From NCBI GenBank assembly GCA_963704725.1, contig OY969934.1:1792001-1856000 (forward strand): 64,000 nt of DNA, given 5' to 3'. Position numbers and translations under genes: made by a program. The notes beneath the pieces are model-generated. The model saw only the letters and a list, made by a program, of their open reading frames with translations, was not told the DNA's origin and ran no database searches. Below are positions 30,515 to 39,129 of the stretch, piece by piece. How positions within the stretch are numbered: the first letter of the stretch is position 1; each line of letters begins with the position of its first letter. This DNA is from an uncultured Actinomycetes bacterium. GTDB taxonomy: Bacteria; Actinomycetota; UBA4738; HRBIN12.

Positions 30515-30766
30515 ATGTCCAAGCGCTACGACGAGGAGGTCGAGGTCCGGGTCGAGCAGGACGCCGGCATGCCCGCGGCGTTCGTCTGGCGGGGGCGGCG
30601 CTACGAGGTCGCCGACGTGATCGGGCGGTGGCGGATCGAAGGACGGTGGTGGGCCGACGGCCGCGACCGCGAGTACTGGCGCGTCGAGGCTCGCGGCGGT
30701 GCGGTGTGGGACCTGTACCACGACCGGCTGGCCAGCCGGTGGCACCTGGAGCGGTTGTGGGACTGA
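30515..30766 (+). CDS. DUF6504 protein (stand-alone ImuB C-terminal-like domain)
   Basis: FVWRGRRY..RW..RWW..REYWRV..DLY..WHLERLWD; first gene after the SOS box; abuts dnaE2. Confidence 0.85.
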   Translation: MSKRYDEEVEVRVEQDAGMPAAFVWRGRRYEVADVIGRWRIEGRWWADGRDREYWRVEARGGAVWDLYHDRLASRWHLERLWD

Positions 30767-33700
30767 GTGGACGTGGATCACGCGTTCGTCCACCTCGACG
30801 TCCGGTCCTACTTCTCCATTAAGGAGGGGGCGTTCTCGCCCGAAGCGCTGGCGCGCCGGGCGGCCGAACTCGAGATGCCGGCCGTGGCGCTCACCGATCG
30901 CGACGGCCTGTACGGCGCCGCGCGGTTCGTCGACGCGTGCGGGCGCGAGGGCGTCCGCCCCATCCTCGGGTCCTCGCTCACCGTGCGCGAAGGCGGGACG
31001 CTGCCGCTGCCGCGGATCGGCCGGAAGCCGGCCGACGCGAGCGTGCTCGTCCTCGCCCGGGACGCGACGGGCTACGCCAACCTGTGCCGGCTCGTCACCG
31101 ACGCGCACGTGGCCGGCGAGCGCGGTGACCCCTCGCTCACCCCCGAGCAGGTCTGCGCGCACGCCGGCGGCCTCGTCGCGCTCCTCGGGCCGGCCTCGCC
31201 GCCCGGCGAGCTCGCGCACGCCGGGCGGATCGACGCCGCCCGCCGCGCGCTCGACCCGTACCGGGAGGCGTTCGGCGACCGACTGTTCGTGGCGGTCCAG
31301 CACCGCCTCGAGGAGGGCTCGCCGCGTGAGATCCGGGCCCTGCTCCGGCTGGCCGAGCGCGCCGAGGTCCGCCCCGTGGCGACGAACCCGGTCCGCTACC
31401 TCGTGCCCGAGGACGCCTTCCTCGCCGACGCGCTCGAGTGCATGCGCGAGCTCGTGCCCGTCAACCGCACCAACGTCTCGCGCCGCAACGCCGAGGGTTG
31501 GCTGAAGCCGGCCGCCGAGATGCGCGCGCTGTTCGCCGAGCGCCCCGACCTGGTCACCACCACGCTCGAGATCGCCGAGTCGTGCCGCTTCGATCTCGGC
31601 CTTCGCACGGTGCGGTTCCCCGACTTCCCAACGCCGGCCGGCCGCTCGGCCTCGAGCGTGCTCGCCGAGCGCTGCTGGCGCGGCCTGAAGCGCCGGGGGA
31701 TGCGAGCCACTTCCGGTGTGAAGGACCGGCTGAACCACGAGCTGGCGATGATCCACCGGCTTGGGTACTCGGCGTACTTCCTCACGGTCGCCGACATCGT
31801 GGCCGACGTCCGGGCCATGGGGATCCGGTGCGCGTGCCGGGGGAGCGCCACCGGCTCGCTCGTGTGCTACCTGAGCGGGATCTCCGACGTCGACGCGGTC
31901 CGCCACGACCTGACGTTCGAGCGGTTCCTGAACCCGATGCGTGACGAGCTCCCGGACATCGACGTCGACGTCGAGTCGGCCCGGCGGGAGGACGTCTACG
32001 ACATGGTGCTCTCGCGCTATGGCGACGACCGGTGCGCGTGCGTGGCGATGGTGGACACGTACCGCGCCCGGGCCGCCGTCCGCGAGGTGGGCAAGGCGCT
32101 CGGGCTGCCCGAGACCGAGGTCGACACCGTAGCCAAGGCGTTCCCCCACATCGGCGCGAAGGACCTGCAGGCGGCGATCGAACGCCTGCCCGAGCTGGCG
32201 GGCTCGAACCTGAACGGCGGCCAGCTCGGGCTGCTGTTCCGGGTGGCCGAGCGGCTCGACGGCTTCCCCCGCCACATCGCGCTCCACCCCTCGGGCATCG
32301 TGCTCTCGAACGACGAGCTCACCACCCGGGTCCCGCTCGAGCGTTCCTTCCAGGGGTACCGGGTGATCCAGGCCGACAAGGACGACGTGGAGCTCCTCGG
32401 CTACCTCAAGCTCGACGTGCTCGGCGTGCGGATGCTCTCGTCGATGCGCCATGCCCTGGACGAGATCGCCCGTACCGAGCACCGCAAGGTCGACCTCGAC
32501 CGGATCCCGCTCGACGACGAGCCGACCTTCGAGCTGATCCGGGCCTCCGACACGCTGGGGTGCTTCCAGATCGAGAGCCCCGGCCAGCGCGAACTCCTGC
32601 AGAAGCTCCAGCCCACGCGGTGGGAGGACCTGATCGTCGACATCTCGCTGTTCCGCCCCGGGCCGGTGAAGTCGGACATGATCAACCCGTTCCTCCGTCG
32701 GCGCCACGGCATGGAGCGCCCCACGTACGCCCACCCGGCGTTGCGGCCCGCGCTGCGGGAGACGTTCGGCGTGATCGTCTACCACGAGCAGGTCATGCGG
32801 ACCCTCGCCGCCATCGCCGGCTACAACCTGACCGAGGCCGACTTCATCCGCCGCCACCTCGGCCGCGACGACCTGCTGCCGAAGCTCCGCGAGGACTTCG
32901 TTCGCCGCGCGAGCGCCCGTGGCATCCCCGATGACGTCGCCGCCGGGGTCTGGGGCGACGTGGCCGAGTTCGCGAGCTTCGGGTTCTGCAAGGCCCACGC
33001 CGCGGCCTTCGCCGTGCCGACGTACCAGTCCGCGTGGCTGAAGACCCACTACCCGGCGCACTTCCTCGCCGGGGTCCTCACGCACGACCCGGGCATGTAC
33101 CCGCGACGGCTGATCCTGGAGGACGCACGGCTCCACGGGATCCCCATCCTCCCGCTCGACGTGAACGCGTCGGAGCCGGAGTACGTGGTGGAGGGGGTCG
33201 CGGGGGAGCCGCGTCCGGTCGCGGCGTCGGGGAGGCGCGCTGAGGTCGGGGGTCCGGACCGGGCTGCTCGTCTCCGCCTTCGCCAGGGGTCCGTGCTCCT
33301 CGACGCCCGTCGGCTGCGGCTCCGCTCGACGACGCCCGGTCCGGACCCCTCCCCGCGCGCCGTCGCCGACGTCTCGACCGACGTGGAACGCCCCGCCTAC
33401 GGGATCCGACTCGCGTTGCAGGACGTGCACGGGATCTCAGACGGCGAGATCCGGTCGATCCTCCAGGCCCGCGCAGATCGTCTCTTCCGCGACGTGGGCG
33501 ACTTCCTGCGTCGCACCTCCGTGTCTCGGCCGGTCGTGGAGGCGCTCGCGCACGCCGGTGGGTTCGACGCCATCGACCGCGGCACCCGCCGCGACCGCCT
33601 CTACACCGCCATGACCACCGCCCCCCAACGCGAAGGCGACCAACTCACCTTCGACGTCCACCAACCCCCGCGAACCGAGGAGCCCGCCGGCGGTGACCCG

Positions 33701-34420
33701 CGGGTCACGAGCCGGAGTGAATCCACGCGGGAGCGGCCCACGGAGCGAGGAACGGACACGGCAGGTGGCGGGGATGCCGCGGAGGGGTCGGGGAGGAGGA
33801 GCGAAGCCCGACGGCACCATCTCGAGCACGAGCCCCTGGGCGAAGCGACGAAGGAACCGCGACCCCGCAGCGGCATCCCCGCCACCACCCCGGCGATCTC
33901 TCTCCCCGAGTACTCCGACGCCGAGCGTGTGAGAGCCGAGCTCGAGGTCCTCGGCCTCGACGCCAGCCGCCACCTCGTGAGCTTCTTCGAGCCCCTGATC
34001 GCCGACCTCGGCGCCACGCGCGCGGGCGACCTGTGGCGCTGCCGCGCCGGCGAGCGCGTGATGGTGGTCGGGGTGAAGGTGGCCTCACAGACCCCGGCGA
34101 TCAAGAGCGGCCAGCGGATCATCTTCCTCACGCTCGACGACTCGACGGGGCCCGTCGAGGTCACCGTGTTCGAGAGCGTGCAGCCCAAGGTGGCCAAGAC
34201 GGTCTTCCACTCGCTCGTCTTGGCCGTGGCGGGGACCGTTCGGCGGACGGGCCGAAGGGGCGCGTCGGTGATCGCGGAGGACGTGTGGGACCTCGTCGCG
34301 CTGCATCGCGCCAGGCTCGAGGGCCGTCTTTCCGAGGCGCTCGCGCACGAGGGGCCGGGCGGGTCGGGGAGGGTCCCGCGGAAGATCTGGCATTCGAGCG
34401 GAGGGTCGGCCGGCCGATGA
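30767..34420 (+). CDS. dnaE2: Error-prone DNA polymerase III alpha subunit
   Basis: PHP domain (HLDVRSYFS, TDRDGLYG), RGSA, PDIDVD, KLDVLG, FQIESPGQ, FGFCKAHA, OB fold; C-terminal RKIWHSSGGSAG; SOS box upstream. Confidence 0.93.
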   Translation: MDVDHAFVHLDVRSYFSIKEGAFSPEALARRAAELEMPAVALTDRDGLYGAARFVDACGREGVRPILGSSLTVREGGTLPLPRIGRKPADASVLVLARDATGYANLCRLVTDAHVAGERGDPSLTPEQVCAHAGGLVALLGPASPPGELAHAGRIDAARRALDPYREAFGDRLFVAVQHRLEEGSPREIRALLRLAERAEVRPVATNPVRYLVPEDAFLADALECMRELVPVNRTNVSRRNAEGWLKPAAEMRALFAERPDLVTTTLEIAESCRFDLGLRTVRFPDFPTPAGRSASSVLAERCWRGLKRRGMRATSGVKDRLNHELAMIHRLGYSAYFLTVADIVADVRAMGIRCACRGSATGSLVCYLSGISDVDAVRHDLTFERFLNPMRDELPDIDVDVESARREDVYDMVLSRYGDDRCACVAMVDTYRARAAVREVGKALGLPETEVDTVAKAFPHIGAKDLQAAIERLPELAGSNLNGGQLGLLFRVAERLDGFPRHIALHPSGIVLSNDELTTRVPLERSFQGYRVIQADKDDVELLGYLKLDVLGVRMLSSMRHALDEIARTEHRKVDLDRIPLDDEPTFELIRASDTLGCFQIESPGQRELLQKLQPTRWEDLIVDISLFRPGPVKSDMINPFLRRRHGMERPTYAHPALRPALRETFGVIVYHEQVMRTLAAIAGYNLTEADFIRRHLGRDDLLPKLREDFVRRASARGIPDDVAAGVWGDVAEFASFGFCKAHAAAFAVPTYQSAWLKTHYPAHFLAGVLTHDPGMYPRRLILEDARLHGIPILPLDVNASEPEYVVEGVAGEPRPVAASGRRAEVGGPDRAARLRLRQGSVLLDARRLRLRSTTPGPDPSPRAVADVSTDVERPAYGIRLALQDVHGISDGEIRSILQARADRLFRDVGDFLRRTSVSRPVVEALAHAGGFDAIDRGTRRDRLYTAMTTAPQREGDQLTFDVHQPPRTEEPAGGDPRVTSRSESTRERPTERGTDTAGGGDAAEGSGRRSEARRHHLEHEPLGEATKEPRPRSGIPATTPAISLPEYSDAERVRAELEVLGLDASRHLVSFFEPLIADLGATRAGDLWRCRAGERVMVVGVKVASQTPAIKSGQRIIFLTLDDSTGPVEVTVFESVQPKVAKTVFHSLVLAVAGTVRRTGRRGASVIAEDVWDLVALHRARLEGRLSEALAHEGPGGSGRVPRKIWHSSGGSAGR
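33216..33380. repeat. In-frame palindromic element 1 in dnaE2 (165 nt)
   Basis: Perfect 16-bp arms at 33249-33264 and 33334-33349 plus imperfect outer arms; the core resembles element 2 in opposite orientation. Confidence 0.8.
33764..33886. repeat. In-frame palindromic element 2 in dnaE2 (123 nt)
   Basis: Perfect 17-bp arms at 33764-33780 and 33870-33886, an inner 7-bp stem GGGGTCG/CGACCCC, and the shared core. Confidence 0.8.
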
Positions 34421-35685
34421 CCGCGCAGCGCACCGCGGGGGTACGCTCGGCCCCGATGCCCTCATCGCCGATCCTCGAGCCGATCCTCCACGTCGACCTC
34501 GACGCCTTCTACGCATCGGTGGAGGTGCTCAAGGATCCCGCCCTCGCCGGCCGGCCGGTCGCCGTCGGCGGTGCCGGGACGCGCGGCGTGGTGATGTCGG
34601 CCTCGTACGAGGCGCGCGCGTACGGGATCCGCAGCGCGATGCCCGCCGTTCGCGCCCGGCGCCTGTGCCCGGACGTGGTCTTCGTCCCCCCCGACTTCGA
34701 GTCCTACCAGGCCCACTCCAACCGATTCCGCGAGGTCCTGTTGGCCGTGACGCCCCTCGTCGAGCCGATCTCCCTCGACGAGGCGTTCCTCGACGTCTCC
34801 GGTGCCTATCTGCTGTTCGGGGAGCCGGCGGCGATCGGGGAGCGGATCCGGCGCTCGGTGCACCAGGAGGTGGGGGTCTCCTGCTCGGTCGGCGTGGGGC
34901 CCTCCAAGCTCGTGGCGAAGCTCGCGTCGCGCCGGGCCAAGCCCGACGGCCTGGTGTCCGTGCCGGCCGGCGAGGTCGAAGCCTTCCTCGACCCGCTGCC
35001 CGCCCGGGCCATGTGGGGGGTCGGTGAGAAGACGATGGAGATCCTGTCTCGACTCGGCGTGCGCACGGTCGGCGATCTGGGCCGGACGCCGCCCGTGGTG
35101 CTGGCCAGGCTCATCGGGGACCAGCACGCCCGAGACCTCATCGACCTCGCCCGCGGCCTCGACGTCCGCGCCGTGGTGCCCTACGAGACCCCGAAGTCGG
35201 TGAGCCACGAGGAGACGTTCGACCGAGACCTCGACGACGAGGGCGAGCTCCTGCGCGAGATCCTGTCGCTCTCCCAGCGGGTGGGGGCCCGCCTGCGGGC
35301 GGACGGGTACCGGGCCCGAACGATCACGCTCAAGGTCCGCCTGGCCAACTTCACGACGCTCACCCGATCGCGGACGATCGACCCCCCGACCGACGTGGCG
35401 GCCGACCTCTACCACGTGACCTCCGAGCTGTTCCGGGCGCTGCCGGGCGCGCGCCGCCGGATCCGGCTCCTCGGCGTGGCGGGCACGGGACTGGTCGCGG
35501 CGGGGGAGGAGCAGCTGGCCCTGCTGCGGGGCGAGCGGTGGAGCGACGTCGAACGGGCGGTGGACCGGATCGAGAAGCGGTTCGGCCGGGGGAGCGCGAT
35601 GCCGGCCGCCCTCCTGGATCGGCAGAAGGAGCCGGGGAAAGGAGCAGGCCCCAGGCTCTTCCCGAACGCAGGGGCGTTTCTATAA
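34417..35685 (+). CDS. dinB: DNA polymerase IV
   Basis: ILHVDLDAFYASVE, ASYEAR, SLDEAFLD, VAKLAS, KPDG, clamp motif QLALL. ATGA overlap with dnaE2; alternative ATG at 34456. Confidence 0.95.
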   Translation: MTAQRTAGVRSAPMPSSPILEPILHVDLDAFYASVEVLKDPALAGRPVAVGGAGTRGVVMSASYEARAYGIRSAMPAVRARRLCPDVVFVPPDFESYQAHSNRFREVLLAVTPLVEPISLDEAFLDVSGAYLLFGEPAAIGERIRRSVHQEVGVSCSVGVGPSKLVAKLASRRAKPDGLVSVPAGEVEAFLDPLPARAMWGVGEKTMEILSRLGVRTVGDLGRTPPVVLARLIGDQHARDLIDLARGLDVRAVVPYETPKSVSHEETFDRDLDDEGELLREILSLSQRVGARLRADGYRARTITLKVRLANFTTLTRSRTIDPPTDVAADLYHVTSELFRALPGARRRIRLLGVAGTGLVAAGEEQLALLRGERWSDVERAVDRIEKRFGRGSAMPAALLDRQKEPGKGAGPRLFPNAGAFL

Positions 35686-35717
35686 TCGGAACCGACGGAC
35701 GGAGGAACGCAGGGCCC

Positions 35718-36098
35718 ATGCCACTGTCACCGGACGAGCAGCGGATCCTCGAGGAGATCGAGCAGCGCCTGTCCGAGGAGGATCCCCGTCTGGCCGAGCA
35801 GGTCAGCCGGACGTCTCTCTACACGCACCTGGCGCGTCGGATCCGATGGTCGTCGCTCGCGTTCCTCCTCGGGTTCGTCATGCTGCTCGCGTTCCCGGCG
35901 TCCATGTACGTCGCCGTCGCTGGCTTCGGCGTCATGCTCGCGTCGTCGCTGTTGATCTACCGGTACCTGAAGCAGCTCGGGCGCGACCAGGTCCGCGCCA
36001 TGCAGCAGCAGTCGGGGCGGTTCTCGATCGCCGGGTTCCTCGTCCGCCTGCTCGGTCGCTACCGCGGACCGCAGCAGCCGCAACCTCCCGAGCCCTGA
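35718..36098 (+). CDS. DUF3040 actinobacterial membrane protein
   Basis: MPLSPDEQRILEEIEQRLSEEDPRLA followed by two TM helices; TATAAT at 35681; GGAGG. Confidence 0.9.
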   Translation: MPLSPDEQRILEEIEQRLSEEDPRLAEQVSRTSLYTHLARRIRWSSLAFLLGFVMLLAFPASMYVAVAGFGVMLASSLLIYRYLKQLGRDQVRAMQQQSGRFSIAGFLVRLLGRYRGPQQPQPPEP

Positions 36099-36318
36099 CC
36101 CGAACGCGCGCCTCGCGTTCCCGGACCCGATCGTGAGAATCGTTCGGCGCCTCTCCCTGCGCGCTTGCCAGGTGTGAGTCCCGCGCAGTACAACAGGTCT
36201 CACCTTCCCCGGGGGCGTGACCGTCAACCGCACGTCGAACCTTCCCTCGACGACGCTGGCGAGTCGCAGTGTTGGTGTGGGTGTGGCGAGGTCGGGTCTC
36301 GGAGGGCGCGCGTTCTCG

Positions 36319-36801
36319 ATGGAAGGGTTCACCGCACATCAAGCGACGAAGTTCACGGGCTGCACGCCGCGACAGCTTCGGTACTGGGATCAGATCGGGT
36401 TGGTCAGACCCTCGGTCCAGGGCACCGGGGGTCGCCCCGGCGTCCCTCGGCTGTACTCGTTCCGCGACATCGTCGCGCTGAAGGTGGTGAAGTCCCTTCT
36501 CGACAGCGGGATGTCCCTGCAGCGCGTTCGCCGGGCGTGGGAGTACCTCAACCGTCGGGCTCACCTCGACCGCCATCTGTCCGAGATCAAGCTGATCACC
36601 GACGGCGTGAGCATCTTCAAGGTGGCCCGCCGCAACGGGGAGATCATCGACGCCCTTCGCGAGGGTCAGCTCGCGTTCTTCGTCGCGATCGACGAGATCG
36701 CCACGGGCGTGGAGTCGAAGGTCGGCCAGTTCCGGGAGGATCGCGATCGCTTCGTTCGCGCCCTCCGCGAGGCGGCCGCCCACGCCCAGACGGGTTCGTA
36801 G
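36319..36801 (+). CDS. MerR-family regulator, Rv1830/McdR-like
   Basis: GCTPRQLRYWD..LVRPS..RLYSFRDIVALKVVKSLLDSGMSLQRVR..L..LITDG..IIDAL..GQ. Confidence 0.85.
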   Translation: MEGFTAHQATKFTGCTPRQLRYWDQIGLVRPSVQGTGGRPGVPRLYSFRDIVALKVVKSLLDSGMSLQRVRRAWEYLNRRAHLDRHLSEIKLITDGVSIFKVARRNGEIIDALREGQLAFFVAIDEIATGVESKVGQFREDRDRFVRALREAAAHAQTGS

Positions 36802-36804
36802 AGC

Positions 36805-39129
36805 TCAGAACCCCGGGCGGTACGTCCCGACGATGCGCCGGCCCCACCCCGCGTCCTTGCGCAGATCCGCGATGGCCTCCCGAGCGTCGGCCACGGCGTG
36901 CTCGGCGTCGTCCCTCGACGGCGGATCCGGCGCGTAGGCCGCGCGAGCCGTGACCCGGGCCAGGCGCGACAGGTGGCCGTTCGAGAACGTCACGGCCGCC
37001 GAGAGCCGGGCGCGGTGCTCCTGCACCGTTTCGCCCTCGCGGCGACCCAGGCCGAGATCCGCCGCCTCACCGTCGAACACGCGGTAGGCGGCCAGGGCCA
37101 GCTCTCGCGGGTCGCGGCTCCGTCGCAGCGTGCGGCGCCGCCACACCCACTTCGTGACCGGCAGGAAGACCAGGACCGCCCCGAAAAGGACCGCGAGCCC
37201 CAGGAGGATCCACCGGTACGGGATCGAGTACCCGTCCCGAGCCGCCTGCGCCCCCGGTCCTGCCCGGATGCCGCCCAGGAAGCCCGGCGGAAGCTCGGCG
37301 GCGCCACCCCGGACCCGCCCCACGTCCTCCGCGTTCCGGCAGAGCTGTGGCGGCAGTCGAAGCCCCTCGGCCGTCGTACACCCCCCGCCCGACTGATCGC
37401 CGTTCAACCCGCCCCCGGCGACCTCGCCGCCGGCGCCGCTCGCCGAACCGTCCTCGCTCGGCGCGGTGGGGTCCAGGTAGGTGCCGGGCCCGCCGGCTGG
37501 GTTGGGCCGGCCGGGGGTGGGCTCGAACGGCAGCCACCCGAAGGCGGGGAAGAACACCTCGACCCACGCATGGGCGTCCTTGCTGGTCACGACGTAGGTG
37601 TCCCCGTTCGCGGTCCCGCTGCGGAACCCCACCACCACGCGGGCGGGATACCCAAGCTCCCGCACCAGCACGGCCATCGCCGTGGCGAACTGCTGGCAGA
37701 AGCCCGTGCGAGAGCTCGTGAGAAAGCTCAGCAGGGCGTCGGCGTCGGAGACCGGCTCCACGTCCAGGCTGTAGGTGAACACCGAGGTGTCGGTGAGATG
37801 GTTCTGGATCGACAGGACCTGCCGGTACGGCGTCGCCTCGGGGCCGGCCCACCGCTGCGCGACCTCCCGGACCTGGGGGTCGACGCTCGCGGGCAGGAAC
37901 GTGTAGCCCCCGTACTGCTCCGGAGCCTGGAAGCGGACGAGGTCGAGCTGCTCGGGCGTCGGCTCGACCACCCGGGACTCGACCGTGTACTCGAGGCCCT
38001 CGTCGAGGCCTCCGTCGTGGACGGCGGAGGCGAGGTCCGGGTTGTACCGGATCGGGTCGTCGGGGAACGTCACGATCTCGGCGGGATAGGCCATGGGGAC
38101 CCACGGGTCGTGGATGTCCCGCAGGATCCGGTAGCGCTGGACGAGGGGCTCCGCGGCGACGGGCACGTCCACCGGCAGGCGGGCCGGGGACTGCAGCACC
38201 GCGCCCCGCTCGGCCCGGGGATCCGAGCTGCTCCACGTGGTGCCGTTGAACCGGTCCAGCGCGTACAGCCGCCAGTACGCGGGCCCGCCCGGCGAGGTCA
38301 CCCGGAAGAGATCGATCGGCTCGTCCCGGTCGAGCTGCGCCTGGATCGAGACGAACGGGTCGAGGCCGACGCCGTCTCCCGAGGTCGAGAAGTCGACGAG
38401 GGCCTCGGACCGGAACCCCGGGAGGAGCCAGGGGACGAGCACGGCGGTCGCCACGGCGATCAGGGCGACCTGTCGCGCACCGCGGGAGGCCACGCTCGAG
38501 AGCCGGCGCCCCCGGATCGAGGACCAGATGGGCCCCCACTGGCGGACGCGCCGAAGCCCGTCGACGAAGACTACGCCGAGCGCCGCCACGAGGAACGCGA
38601 TCGCGTAGATCGGCCGGGCCCCGTCCTCGAGCACGGTGTCCGCGAACCCCACCAGCGCCACGGAGGGAAGGATCGCCAGCAGTGGGCTGCCCGAGCGGAT
38701 GGCCAGGGCGTGCGTGGAGAACGCTGCGGTCCAGATGGCCGTCACGGCGGCCAGGAGCAGCGGCGCGAACGCCGGCGTCGGCGCGACCTGGACCCGCGCC
38801 TGCTGGGCCACGAACTCCATGCAGCGCCCGACGGCCCGGAGCGTGCGCAGCGTGGGCAAGCCGTACCAGGCGGTCTGGGGGAGCACGATCCACGTCAGGG
38901 CGAACGCCAGGCCGACCAGGCTGACCAGCAGGGCGACGGCCAGGCCCCGGCGCTCGCAGAGCCCCGCCAACAGGATCGACGTCAGGGCCGCCGCGACGAG
39001 CTCCCACGTGGCGGCGTGCCCGACGAACACGCGGCCGAATGCCAGCCCCGTCACGGCCACGAGGCTCGCGACCGCGCCGAGCGCTACGAGCCGCTGACGA
39101 CCAGTGGACGTGTCCTGCTGGCGTGCCAT
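36805..39129 (-). CDS. TgpA-like membrane transglutaminase-domain protein (DUF3488/DUF4129)
   Basis: Multiple TM helices, YWR, GFCQQFATAM, HAWVEV..GWLPFEPTP. Confidence 0.9.
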   Translation of the reverse strand: MARQQDTSTGRQRLVALGAVASLVAVTGLAFGRVFVGHAATWELVAAALTSILLAGLCERRGLAVALLVSLVGLAFALTWIVLPQTAWYGLPTLRTLRAVGRCMEFVAQQARVQVAPTPAFAPLLLAAVTAIWTAAFSTHALAIRSGSPLLAILPSVALVGFADTVLEDGARPIYAIAFLVAALGVVFVDGLRRVRQWGPIWSSIRGRRLSSVASRGARQVALIAVATAVLVPWLLPGFRSEALVDFSTSGDGVGLDPFVSIQAQLDRDEPIDLFRVTSPGGPAYWRLYALDRFNGTTWSSSDPRAERGAVLQSPARLPVDVPVAAEPLVQRYRILRDIHDPWVPMAYPAEIVTFPDDPIRYNPDLASAVHDGGLDEGLEYTVESRVVEPTPEQLDLVRFQAPEQYGGYTFLPASVDPQVREVAQRWAGPEATPYRQVLSIQNHLTDTSVFTYSLDVEPVSDADALLSFLTSSRTGFCQQFATAMAVLVRELGYPARVVVGFRSGTANGDTYVVTSKDAHAWVEVFFPAFGWLPFEPTPGRPNPAGGPGTYLDPTAPSEDGSASGAGGEVAGGGLNGDQSGGGCTTAEGLRLPPQLCRNAEDVGRVRGGAAELPPGFLGGIRAGPGAQAARDGYSIPYRWILLGLAVLFGAVLVFLPVTKWVWRRRTLRRSRDPRELALAAYRVFDGEAADLGLGRREGETVQEHRARLSAAVTFSNGHLSRLARVTARAAYAPDPPSRDDAEHAVADAREAIADLRKDAGWGRRIVGTYRPGF

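Noticed and set aside
29672-33430. 1252-aa minus-strand ORF and many other long overlapping ORFs in the track
   Set aside because: These are shadow frames of high-GC genes, rich in Arg/Pro/Gly or His/Val, with no recognisable motifs.
33190-33900. Inteins or self-splicing introns in dnaE2
   Set aside because: The inserts are short, lack Cys/Ser starts and His-Asn ends, and show no group I/II intron core; they are DNA palindromes.
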